Shown piece by piece: positions 25,111 to 37,114 of a stretch of DNA of 47,067 nt (positions within the stretch are counted from its first letter, which is position 1; each line of letters opens with the position of its first letter). The notes beneath the pieces were generated by a model. The model was given only the letters and a program-made list of their open reading frames with translations, was not told the origin of the DNA and made no database searches. The position numbers and the translations under genes are program-made. This DNA is from Octopus bimaculoides (taxonomy: Eukaryota): the NCBI RefSeq assembly GCF_001194135.2, contig NC_068997.1:32513043-32560109 (forward strand). The letters are read 5' to 3'.

Positions 25111-25460
25111 TAACATGCGTTTTCTCCAATCCTTAAATTCTTAAATATACTCAAATACCCAAAATTTCAAGGAGTTCCTGCCTTAAAAACAGGAGCTAAC
25201 CACAGTTATTTTGTGTTCTTTGCTACATTGGTTTCTATTAACCCATTTATTCTATCAGAAGAATTTTTATTCATTAAGATNNNNNNNNNNNNNNNNNNNN
25301 NNNNNNNNNNNNNNNNNNNNNNNNNNNNNNNNNNNNNNNNNNNNNNNNNNNNNNNNNNNNNNNNNNNNNNNNNNNNNNNNNNNNNNNNNNNNNNNNNNNN
25401 NNNNNNNNNNNNNNNNNNNNNNNNNNNNNNNNNNNNNNNNNNNNNNNNNNNNNNNNNNNN

Positions 25461-25947
25461 TGAATCATTTTGGAATCTATTTTGTTCTATTTTTTTTTCC
25501 AATTAATTATAGTTAATTTTTGTTTATTTTCAGATCATTAAAATGGAATGTCAAGTTATGAAAAACAAGCATTTTCGACACCTCCTTCTTTTTGTTTTTA
25601 ATCAAAGTTCTAAGGCCGCAAAAGTTGCTCGCGACATTTGTGCTGTGTATAGAGAGGGTGCTATAGCTGAAAGAACCGCTCGTGATTGGTATGCCAAGTT
25701 CAAAAATGGAAATTCTGACCTCAAAGACGCACCTCGTTCTGGCCGTCCAGTTGAGATTGATGAAGAGCGATTAAACCAACTTTTGCAAGAAAATTTTCGT
25801 CAAACGACAAGGGAACTGGCAGAGAAAATGCAATGATTCCACACTGTTATAGAGAAGCATCTTCACTCGATGGGAAAGGTTCAGAAGTATGGAGCATGGG
25901 TTCAGCATGCTTTAAGTGACAACAACAAAAATCAACGAGCCACAATC
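25461..25947 (+). mobile_element. 5' half of a second mariner transposon (remainder in N-gap)
   Basis: MECQVMKNKHFRHLLLF...FKNGNSDLKDAPRSGRP...stop...GAWVQHAL (WVPHEL-like). Confidence 0.9.
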
Positions 25948-26526
25948 NNNNNNNNNNNNNNNNNNNNNNNNNNNNNNNNNNNNNNNNNNNNNNNNNNNNN
26001 NNNNNNNNNNNNNNNNNNNNNNNNNNNNNNNNNNNNNNNNNNNNNNNNNNNNNNNNNNNNNNNNNNNNNNNNNNNNNNNNNNNNNNNNNNNNNNNNNNNN
26101 NNNNNNNNNNNNNNNNNNNNNNNNNNNNNNNNNNNNNNNNNNNNNNNNNNNNNNNNNNNNNNNNNNNNNNNNNNNNNNNNNNNNNNNNNNNNNNNNNNNN
26201 NNNNNNNNNNNNNNNNNNNNNNNNNNNNNNNNNNNNNNNNNNNNNNNNNNNNNNNNNNNNNNNNNNNNNNNNNNNNNNNNNNNNNNNNNNNNNNNNNNNN
26301 NNNNNNNNNNNNNNNNNNNNNNNNNNNNNNNNNNNNNNNNNNNNNNNNNNNNNNNNNNNNNNNNNNNNNNNNNNNNNNNNNNNNNNNNNNNNNNNNNNNN
26401 NNNNNNNNNNNNNNNNNNNNNNNNNNNNNNNNNNNNNNNNNNNNNNNNNNNNNNNNNNNNNNNNNNNNNNNNNNNNNNTATATATATAACAAAAGAAGGG
26501 AGTATTTCCACGCAGGAAAAAATATA

Positions 26527-27088
26527 GGAAAATTTGTTGAAAATGCACCAAAATTTTAAAAACTTGTTTTTAAATAAATTTATTTACATACATACCACTC
26601 TAGTTTGAACAATACTTTTTTGTTTATCAATGGTAAAAATTTAAAAATCGATCACTATTGAATTTTGTACATTTAAACAATATGATCCATATTTTTTATA
26701 TTATTGTGAACATTTGTTCATATGTTGTAAACATATTTGAACATATGTTGTGAACATTTAAATCATATTCGATATTATTGAATCATGACTCAGTATGACC
26801 GAACCTTTGATGATCCACATTTCTTATCGATCACTTCTAACACTATCGAATTTGTGCATTTAAAAAAGATGATCCACATTTCTTATATTATTGAATGTTA
26901 TGACCATTTAAATCTTATTTGATTTTATTGAAACTTTTAAACATGATTTTCTAATTCATAATCGTAAACTTTTACCATTGATAAACAAAAAATATTGTTG
27001 AAACTAGTTTGGTCTCTATGTAAATAAATCTATTTTAAACAATTACAAGTTTTTCAAATTTAGGCATATTTTCAACAACAAATTTGCC
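26527..27088. mobile_element. TA-flanked MITE with ~120-bp TIRs
   Basis: 26525-26642 is the reverse complement of ~26964-27090; TA at 26525-26 and 27089-90. Confidence 0.8.
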
Positions 27089-27094
27089 TATTTC

Positions 27095-27463
27095 TTTTCT
27101 TTTATTCTTTTATTTGTTTCAGTCATTTGACTGCGGCCATGCTGGAGCACCGCCTNNNNNNNNNNTTTTCAACAACAAATTTGCCTATTTCTTTTCTTTT
27201 ATTCTTTTATTTGTTTCAGTCATTTGACTGCGGCCATGCTGGAGCACCGCCTTTAGTCGAACAAATCGACCCAGGACTTATACTTTGTAAACCTAGTACT
27301 TATTCTATCGGCCTCTTTTGCCAAACCGCTAAGTCACGGGGACATAAACACATCAGCACCAGTTATGAAGCGGTGGCGGGTGACAAGCACAGACACAAAG
27401 TGCCACGTAGTGGGACATAACTCGGAACCGTGTAGTTGAGAAGCAAGCCTCTTACCACACAGC

Positions 27464-27467
<4 letters not shown>
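27095..27467 (-). mobile_element. SINE family B (tail duplicated across a 10-N gap)
   Basis: Reverse complement of the family B consensus. Confidence 0.85.
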
Positions 27468-27495
<28 letters not shown>

Positions 27496-27768
27496 NNNNN
27501 NNNNNNNNNNNNNNNNNNNNNNNNNNNNNNNNNNNNNNNNNNNNNNNNNNNNNNNNNNNNNNNNNNNNNNNNNNNNNNNNNNNNNNNNNNNNNNNNNNNN
27601 NNNNNNNNNNNNNNNNNNNNNNNNNNNNNNNNNNNNNNNNNNNNNNNNNNNNNNNNNNNNNNNNNNNNNNNNNNNNNNNNNNNNNNNNNNNNNNNNNNNN
27701 NNNNNNNNNNNNNNNNNNNNNNNNNNNNNNNNNNNNNNNNNNNNNNNNNNNATATATATATATACATG

Positions 27769-27804
<36 letters not shown>

Positions 27805-28574
27805 ATGGTCATGGCTGGAATGCCTTTGTGCAGAAATCTGCTTGGTCGTTGTTGAACAGGAACTAAAGGACGAATAATTACAATGTACATAGTCAGGAAC
27901 CAAAGGCAAAGATCCTACGTGGCTCACGGCATGCTAGAAATAACAGCTAAGTTTCCCTTATAATCATAACCTAGTGTGTTAAAGTAACCGACACGCTGAA
28001 CAAAGGAGTACTCAATACACTGTAACTGGAAGAAAAATTAAGGCGTTTTGGATAACTCTCGAATGTCTTTCACCAGAGAGAGCTGGTTGATCTGCGTTGA
28101 ACAACACCAGAGAAACACAAAAATACACAAACACACACAAGCGCATGCACGCACATACTCATAGACACACACACACACACACACATATCCCCCATATATA
28201 CACGCACACACAGGGACAAATAAATACACGCACAAACTCATCAATAATTCACATCAAAAATAGAAATACAATAACGTTGCACTCACACCCACACGAACTT
28301 ACACTAACACACGCAGACACACACAAACACGCATAGATATACGCGTATACACACGCACACACACACACACACACACACAAAAACATACACATACACACAC
28401 ACACACGCACACACAAAGAAACAACGAACATACGTGTGCACATATACAGATACAAACAAACTCATACAAACACGCATTCACACACACACACACACAAACA
28501 TATGCACTTACACAGATACACACACAAGCATATATAGACACATATACACACACCAATAAACAGAAATAGAAACT

Positions 28575-29075
28575 TATGAGTAAAGATCAAAAGCGACATA
28601 AAGGACCCAATGAACCCAATGGGAAATATAAACTACTAAACGAACATTTTTCCCAAATGGTGAAAATAAACTTGATTCTGAACAAAGAACAAATCCATTG
28701 ATGGCTGGAAAGTGCTATTCTAAAAGGAGAAACGGAAGAGCTTATAATTGTAGCTCAAGTACAAAGCTTCCCAACTAGGCAATATCAAAAAAAAAAAAAG
28801 TATATGCATGCATATAGTGTCTATATGTATATATGTGTGTGTAGTGTATATATACATATCTATCTATNNNNNNNNNNNNNNNNNNNNNNNNNNNNNNNNN
28901 NNNNNNNNNNNNNNNNNNNNNNNNNNNNNNNNNNNNNNNNNNNNNNNNNNNNNNNNNNNNNTATATATATATATATGTAATCAGTTGTGAGGCCATATAT
29001 GGCCAATAGATGAGACTATAAACTAAAAATTCTGGCAGAATGTCCAACTGTATTTTAATTAAAATCTTTCCCACT
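28575..29075 (+). mobile_element. R4/Dong-like LINE fragment split by microsatellite and gap
   Basis: WLESAILKGETEELIIVAQVQSLPTRQYQ before the gap and ETIN..ILAECPT (CCHC finger remnant) after it. Confidence 0.7.
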
Positions 29076-30449
29076 ACTGGAATAGAAGCAAACAGCTAAC
29101 CTTCTCCTGTCGTGTTTACATAAACACACGTTTGACTCTAGAATGTAATTATAATTTATTATGCAGATTGGAAACTGTCTTGTAAGAAACAATGACAGTC
29201 GATGAAGCAGTAGTATGTTACAGCTTTACCGACATATTTATTTCGATTCTAGAGGGAAGTAAAAGAAAGTTGATCTCGGTAGCAATTAAATTTAGACTGT
29301 GAAAATGCGTAACTGTGCGAGGTATTTCGTGCAAGTACATTACTGAGTTTACCATCCAACGCTCTATTTATGTGTAGGTCGTGTCTATAACAGTTCTCTC
29401 CACCATTCCCCAAGTCAAACAAACCTTAAGGGGGCTTCAGAATCTGGAAATGTTGTTAGTAAGATTAGAAAAATTCGTTAAAAACTGAAAATCGTGTCAA
29501 CACAATTCACAGAAAATTTCTGGATGGGGTCGCAACGAGAACACATGTACTGTGACTGTCACGTTCTACTTCTCTGAAATAGAATTCTGTTTGTCACGAT
29601 AGGTGTTCGAGAGTTACGCTTTCAGTAACCTTAGCTACATGGAAGAAAATCGAAGGCACAGCCGAAATCTTTAACATAATGAAACAATATTATGAAGACA
29701 TGAAAATTTATGCATCAAACTAGAAATAAGAACATTTATAAAACGAGGAATTTCCGCTGGCCCGGCAAGTGTTTATAGGAACAAGGTTACACATTTGACG
29801 GTGAGAGATAGTCGATTAAATTAGCTTCCGTGTTTGATTGCTACATATTTTCTCGACACAGGAAAAAGGCTCTGCACATGTGAACACACACACGCGCACA
29901 TACACACATCAAGAGACAAAAGTGTTCTAAATTCAACTCTTGTTGAGGTCGACTTTTACTTTCATCCTTTCAGGCTTCACTACTTCGTTGCTCTTATTGT
30001 GATGCTGTTGGTCCCAGCTATTGTTCTGACGCTATCAGCCCGTTACTGTTATTCAAATACTTATTACTCCGTTGCTCTTATTCTGATGCTATTGGTACTG
30101 GCTATTGTTCCTACGCTTTTAGTTCTGGCTATTGTTCTGATGCTGTTAGTCTTTAGTTATTCTCATACTATAAACCCGTTGCTATTATTATAAGGTTATT
30201 GCACCGTTGCTATTAATCTGGCACCAAATACATTAAACTGCTAGTGATTTTGAAGACGATTCATGCTGAATTGTGACATTCATTTATTTCTAAACAGTAA
30301 GATTCCTACAATATTTTGCATGAATGTTTCTAAGAAGCTATGATGTTCATGACCTCATTTAATATATGAACAACATAAATAAACGAAACAGTTGCAAATA
30401 TAAACAGGTTCATCGGCTGATTTAATATTCTTCTATTGTTTTGCCTTAG

Positions 30450-30488
30450 GATCTTAATCGGACATAATGACCCCAGGACTTACTGCAG
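30450..30488 (+). other. Candidate 39-nt exon of an unidentified host transcript
   Basis: Acceptor TTCTTCTATTGTTTTGCCTTAG| and donor CAG|GTAGGA; one open frame (ILIGHNDPRTYC) or an internal ATG (MTPGLTA). No homology recognised. Confidence 0.3.
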
Positions 30489-30899
30489 GTAGGAACTCAC
30501 TTGACATTAAGGGACCCAACATCAGTTTACAGCGATAAACACAAACACTAATACATACATGCACACACAAACGCACACGCTCTTCCTCCCTTCCCCTTCC
30601 CTCTCCCCCTCTCTCTCTCTCTCTCAATCTCTCTCCCTCAAATATATATATGAAGGGCTTCTGAATGGTTGATGGGTATCAAATTCCACTCCTAAGGAAT
30701 TGGCAAATTTGAGATTTTTAATAGAAGGTAATTGTTCGATTGATCGAAATATCACACCGTTAAATCGAACACGAATGCACAAAGGTTATTAAGCGAAAGT
30801 ATTAAGCATTCCACTCTACCTGCGCCTATATGTATGTATGCATGACCGCAGCCACTTGGCTGAAACACATAAATAAATAAATAAATAAATATATATATA

Positions 30900-30958
<59 letters not shown>

Positions 30959-31084
30959 CTTTAATCAGAGGATATGTTAACCTCGTGAAGGGATGGTTGC
31001 ATCCAAGGAAATACTGGCTCAACACCTAGTACTGTTGGGGAATGAAATTCCTTTAAAACGATATAAGTATATAGTCTGTATCCA

Positions 31085-31483
31085 GTTAAAAGGAGAAAAG
31101 AAAATGGAGATACGGAAGTTAACAGCTATTTATTATTAACAATTTGGTCATATTCACTTCTTCCAGCCGTTTCAATTAATAATACTCAATAATGTAATTC
31201 CAAATTTGCACATTAAATTTGTATCAATGTGACATGAACATAATTTCATCAGAGAAAAAAAAGATGTACCTTGGGATGAGGTCCATATATAACATCCCAA
31301 GGTACATCTTATTTTTCTCTGATGAAATTATGCCCACGTCATATTGATGCAAATTTAATGTACAAATTTGTAATTAAATTATTGAGTATTAATTAAAACA
31401 ACTGTAAGCAGCGAATATGACCAATTTGGTAATACTAAATAATTGTTAATTTCTTTATTTCCACTTTCTTTTCTTCTTTTAAC
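31085..31483. repeat. ~400-bp fold-back palindrome (MITE-like)
   Basis: Arms 31085-31278 and 31293-31483 are diverged reverse complements; 14-nt loop; termini GTTAAAAG / CTTTTAAC. Confidence 0.92.
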
Positions 31484-31717
31484 TATATATATATATATAT
31501 GTGTGTGTGTATGTATGTATGTATATATGTATGTATATATGTATGTATGTGTATATTTCTATATATATATATAAAATAATAAAAGAGTGTAACTCTTTCC
31601 ACAAATAACACGGAAGGGCTCAATATATTGAACAAATATGAAAGTTCAAAGGTGGGGTGTCCTAGTCCAGCCATTACATATTCAAATTGGGAATACTATC
31701 AAATATATACATATATA

Positions 31718-31738
31718 TTTTTTATTATAAACCCAAAG

Positions 31739-31777
<39 letters not shown>

Positions 31778-31803
31778 TATAACCTTGGGTTTATAATAAA
31801 AAA
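31718..31803. repeat. 23-bp inverted duplication around (AT)n
   Basis: TTTTTTATTATAAACCCAAAGTT versus AACCTTGGGTTTATAATAAAAAA (1 mismatch). Confidence 0.9.
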
Positions 31804-31840
31804 ACCATATATGTATCATATGTATTGGGATTATAATAAA

Positions 31841-31879
<39 letters not shown>

Positions 31880-32454
31880 ACTGAAGTATTAATTAGCATT
31901 TATAAGGAAAAGTTTGGTAAGCCACTCTGTATTGACATCATTGTCATATATATGAACGACGCAGTCTCTGAATTATAAAACCGAGTTGAATTGATGCTAA
32001 TACTAAGGGAATTGATGCTAATCCTATAACAATTAGAATTCAACTTTTAAAATTTGAATTATAATTAGAATGTATAATATTCTTTCTGAAGCGATAACTG
32101 GAATCATCTCCGACAATAAAATCCAAACATTCAAGATTCGATTGTTTAAATATCAACAAAAGGTATTTTAATCTTAGTAACAGAGGCAGTATTAATAACG
32201 AGAGGTAATATTTACCTCCACTTTAACGTGGATGTTCTATTAGAACAAATTTTACTACAGAAGTTGCCACGATATTTTTTTTTTTTTCATTGGATTTCTG
32301 ATGAGATTCTATTGTTCATAAATATACATCGTATACTCTATATCTATGGTTTTGTGTCTTCTGATTGGGTAAAGTCTATGAGCAAGGTAAAAGCGTCACA
32401 TCTGATTGGTCGTTACTTCGGTAGTTCATACCTCTCTTTTATGTCAGAAGTAGT

Positions 32455-32675
32455 TATTATTGGTTTCAAAATTTGGCGGAAGGCCTGCAATTTTGGGGGT
32501 TGGGGTAAGTCGATTACATCGACCCCAATGCTCAAATGGTTCTTATTTCATCGACCCCGAAAAGACGAAAGGCAAAGTCGACCTCGGCAGAATTTGAACT
32601 CAGAACGCAGAAACGGATGAAATGCCGATAAGCATTTTGCTCGGCGTGCTAACGCTTCTAACAGCTCGCCGCTTT
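32455..32675 (-). mobile_element. SINE family A
   Basis: Reverse complement of the family A consensus. Confidence 0.88.
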
Positions 32676-33255
32676 AGAAGTAATTATTATTGATAGAAAG
32701 TAACGAACGCCATGATCACTGACGAAATTTCAGTCCAGCTGTTTTCGCTGTTTAGTTTCGGTTCCCAGCTGCAGCAATTTCACTTCGCTCAACTCCACTA
32801 ATTACCATGTGAAAGATATGAACGTCACAGTATTTCATCTCCCTTTTCCTAAAAATTTCAGTGTCTCAGCTCAAAGTCATCGGGTCTCTTATGAGCCATT
32901 TATAGAACAATGCAACAAAATACGCATGCGCACTAATAGACACTATTGGCAAAGGTACAGAGAAATGGAGCATCAGCGACAACAGCTGCTGACCGTAACA
33001 GCACCCGGCCGGACAGATGTTGTCATTAAATACTACTACTGACTTGACCATAAATAAAGAAATGAATCTACGGACATTTACTGACCTTTTTACATCTGCA
33101 CCACTGTCCTTATCGAGGAGTCACTGCTGTCGCTGCGACATATCCACCCGCCTCTAGATGTCAGCTTTGCAGCTTTTGGCTGCGTTGTATATTTATACCT
33201 AGCATTGTTCAGTTATCATGTCCACCGCAAGAGGGTGGCTGCTGCAATGGATACG

Positions 33256-33327
<72 letters not shown>

Positions 33328-33868
33328 NNNNNNNNNNNNNNNNNNNNNNNNNNNNNNNNNNNNNNNNNNNNNNNNNNNNNNNNNNNNNNNNNNNNNNNNN
33401 NNNNNNNNNNNNNNNNNNNNNNNNNNNNNNNNNNNNNNNNNNNNNNNNNNNNNNNNNNNNNNNNNNNNNNNNNNNNNNNNNNNNNNNNNNNNNNNNNNNN
33501 NNNNNNNNNNNNNNNNNNNNNNNNNNNNNNNNNNNNNNNNNNNNNNNNNNNNNNNNNNNNNNNNNNNNNNNNNNNNNNNNNNNNNNNNNNNNNNNNNNNN
33601 NNNNNNNNNNNNNNNNNNNNNNNNNNNNNNNNNNNNNNNNNNNNNNNNNNNNNNNNNNNNNNNNNNNNNNNNNNNNNNNNNNNNNNNNNNNNNNNNNNNN
33701 NNNNNNNNNNNNNNNNNNNNNNNNNNNNNNNNNNNNNNNNNNNNNNNNNNNNNNNNNNNNNNNNNNNNNNNNNNNNNNNNNNNNNNNNNNNNNNNNNNNN
33801 NNNNNNNNNNNNNNNNNNNNNNNNNNNNNNNNNNNNNNNNNNNNNNNNNNNNNNNNNNNNNNNNNNNN

Positions 33869-34000
33869 GAAGAATTTTTAGTCAAATGAGTTGAACCCTA
33901 GTACTTATTTTTTTGTTAAGGCTGGAACTTATTCTATTGGTGTCTTTTGCTGAACCGCTATGTCACGGAGGTGTAAACACACTAACACCGATTGTCAAGC
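33869..34000 (-). mobile_element. SINE family B fragment
   Basis: Central/3' family B sequence next to an N-gap. Confidence 0.7.
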
Positions 34001-34011
34001 GGAAGAAACAA

Positions 34012-34060
<49 letters not shown>

Positions 34061-35035
34061 CATCTTGATGACCTCCCATACAACCCCAGATCAGCTGGAC
34101 TAGCATACCTCAAAGAAGAATTGGAGGTGAAACGTTCAGCATACCAAAAGGAGACCATGAATCGGTATGTTTCCCGTAGACTTGAATAAGATTGAAATGA
34201 AACAAAGCCTCTCGTGGACTCGCGACCGCTACACAGCATCACACTTCGAAGGCTATGCATTTGCAATACCTAATCAACAAAAGAGACAGTGAAGTCCGTA
34301 AATGTAGCCCGTAAATGCAACCGTAAATGTAGATTATGTCATATTTCTGTGGAAGACATCCCACATGTGATTTTCAGCTGCCCAGGAATGTCATCAACTT
34401 TCAGCTGCCCAAAAATTTCATCCCTATGCAACCTTTTTACATCTGCACCACTGTGTCCATATCGAGGAGTCACTGCTGTCGCTGTGACATATGCACCCGC
34501 CTCTAGATGTCAGATAGAGAATTCCCCTATTATTGAATACTTACACAAATATCAGCACAAAGAATACTGGTAGAACATTCTCCTCAAAACATCTGTCAAG
34601 TGTAAGCATAACAGACCGGATATTGTTGTTTGGAACGGACAAGAAAAAGTATGTACCGTCATAGAGGTCAGCTGTCCAGGTGATGTGAATATCTCTGAAA
34701 ATCAAAGAGAAAGAAAACGACTATAGGTAATTGCTTCGAAACCGCCAGCATCTATATCCGGATTACAAATTTACATTTATACCAATAATAATTGGAGCAC
34801 TTGGTTTGGTAAGTAACTGTCAGTCTGGATTTCAGATAAAGAAATCAACCAACTGATTCGCACATTACAAATACAATTTGTAAGTGGAACAGTAAAACTT
34901 TTCTCAGGTTTAAAATGTGACATTTTTATCGTTATCTACTCTACATTCCAAAGATTGACCTTTGTATCTTTGTTAGAAACCAGCTCCTTCTTCAGAGGAA
35001 GAACTTAAATATTCAAATGATTAAATACAGAAGAG
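34061..35035 (+). mobile_element. 5'-truncated R4/Dong-like LINE (CCHC finger, REL endonuclease, 3' UTR)
   Basis: FEGYAFAI, KCRLCHISVEDIPHVIFSCP, KEYW, KCKHNRPDIVVW...TVIEVSCPGD (PD..D/E-x-K-type REL core); flanked by (CA)n and (CATA)n. Confidence 0.85.
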
Positions 35036-35173
35036 ACATACATACATACATACATACATACATACATACAATCATACATACACACACACACACGCATACA
35101 TACATACATACATACATACATATACACACACACACATATATATATATATGTATATATATATATNNNNNNNNNN

Positions 35174-35241
<68 letters not shown>

Positions 35242-35244
<3 letters not shown>

Positions 35245-35494
35245 TAGACAAAATGAGATAACAAAGCCAAGGCTGTGAGGAGTTTCCAGGATATTTATAA
35301 GGAAAAAGATATAGATATAGTTTTACAACTGTTTCTGGGATATTATGGGTACCCCTTCATCGCACATCGTCTCTGATGAAGGGATATGCATAATATCCCA
35401 GAAACAGCTGTGAGACTATATCTATATCTTTTTCCTGATAAATGTCCTGAAAACTCCTCACAACCTTAACATTATTAACTCATATTGTCTAATA
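35242..35494. repeat. ~250-bp palindrome resembling an inverted PLE pseudo-LTR end
   Basis: Arms 35242-35361 and 35375-35494 are diverged reverse complements; 13-nt loop. Confidence 0.9.
35366..35419 (+). ncRNA. Minimal type I hammerhead ribozyme motif, cleavage site mutated (GUG)
   Basis: GUCU-CUGAUGA-A-GGGAUAU/AUAUCCC-A-GAAAC-AGCU-GUG-AGAC: stem I GUCU/AGAC, 7-bp stem II, 2-bp stem III with palindromic loop AGCU. Confidence 0.7.
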
Positions 35495-35799
35495 TATATA
35501 TATATATATGCATGCTAATACAAGACCCACATACTCCTCACTCATACCACTATCAAACCAAGAGCTTCACTATGGTCAGTCCATAGCACCTACTTAGTGT
35601 CACCTTCCACTCTTTGGGTCTTCTAGATATCAATACCTCTCATATATATNNNNNNNNNNNNNNNNNNNNNNNNNNNNNNNNNNNNNNNNNNNNNNNNNNN
35701 NNNNNNNNNNNNNNNNNNNNNNNNNNNNNNNNNNNTATATATATATATATATACATACATACATACACACACACACATATATGTGTGTGACTCTGTGTG

Positions 35800-35975
35800 T
35801 GTGTGTGTGTGTGTGTATACGATGGGCTTCTTTCAGTTTCCGTCTACGAAATCCACTCACAAGGCTTTGGTCAACCTGAGGTTATAGTAGAAGACACTTG
35901 TCCAAGTTGCGACGCAGTGGGACTGAAGCCGGAACCATGTGGTTGGGACGCAAGCTTCTTACCACGTAGCCATGC
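35800..35975 (-). mobile_element. 5' half of SINE family B
   Basis: Head plus CORE-like segment. Confidence 0.82.
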
Positions 35976-37114
35976 CGATGAAAATTTTTGGGGCTATGAC
36001 CGCCTCATCCTTTATTTCAGATATCGTATATCTGGCACTTCTTTATCAAAATTGTTTGTTTTTCTATTTGACTGATGATTTGAGGGGTTGTAGCTACTAT
36101 TTCTTGCAACCACACAATGCTCCCTTTGTTGAATTGTTATTTTATCGTTGATAGAGTTGGTAAAGCAGTAAAGACGGTTCATCTTACTTAGTTGAAAACG
36201 ACAAATACGATTGGACAGAGACTAACAATCAGAGTTGTAGAATGGCAACACTTCATGCTAATCACTATTTGCTATGGCATTCTGCTTCCTCGGTCAAAGT
36301 TAGCTTTTGTCATCAAACCACTGGTAGAAATAATTGTTGCTGTTGTTGTTGTTGCTGCTGTTACTGCTGCTACTGCTGTTGTTGCTGTTGTTTTTTGATG
36401 ATCGAACAGACCTATGACGTAACATACTTCTATTGTGACCATCTCGTGTGTATTTTCTTCAAGCATAAGAACATCAAGAAATGCATTATCCAATGTGTCC
36501 TGTAGATTTTTTAAGGCTGTGATATAAGGAATATTTGGCTGTTATTTCTAGCATAAGGAGAAAATGTTCTTCTTTTATTGTCAGACACGAATTTCAAGTG
36601 TATAAGTACTTGAGTACTTAAAAGAACACATCTGTGAAAAATAACGAGTCTTTGATTTTATTCACTCTTAGGTATGTAATTAATATTAAATTACTGTTTG
36701 GGACAAAGCTTAAACCGGTTTCTATGCTTTCTTCCTCTATTTTCACATGAAATTTCAGTGATTTCGTCAGAGGACAGTTTCAAATATCAACGCAGAGGTA
36801 ATTTCGTATGTGGGCAATGGTAACCTTCTCTTACATAAAGGCTTCATTGGGGAAGTTGTTTATCATCCAGCTGACTAAACACTGTATCGTTTTACCTTCT
36901 TCCTTTAAACGTCCGATGTATATTCTTGCTGAGTAGAATGAAGATTCTGAAAAGAGTTTATGGTTAATTTGAAGGATAAGATGTCCTATAGGAATATATT
37001 TTAATCTCCTCAGGTTAAAGTTGGTTTCTCTGCCTTTCAGTCACAGTGAACCTTCTTACTCTTGCGACTAAAGTTCAATGAAAAGTACAGAGTTTTCTAT
37101 ATCAAGTGCTGGTG

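Noticed and set aside
27069-27252. 87-bp direct repeat either side of a 10-N gap
   Set aside because: Near-identical overlap of contig ends, so an assembly artefact.
31319-31375. CTGATGA...GAT(A/G)C inside the 400-bp palindrome as a hammerhead
   Set aside because: GAAA is not intact, and stems I and III do not form.
36834-37045. ~70-codon stop-free frame on the minus strand
   Set aside because: No upstream ATG, no recognisable motif and ambiguous splice sites.
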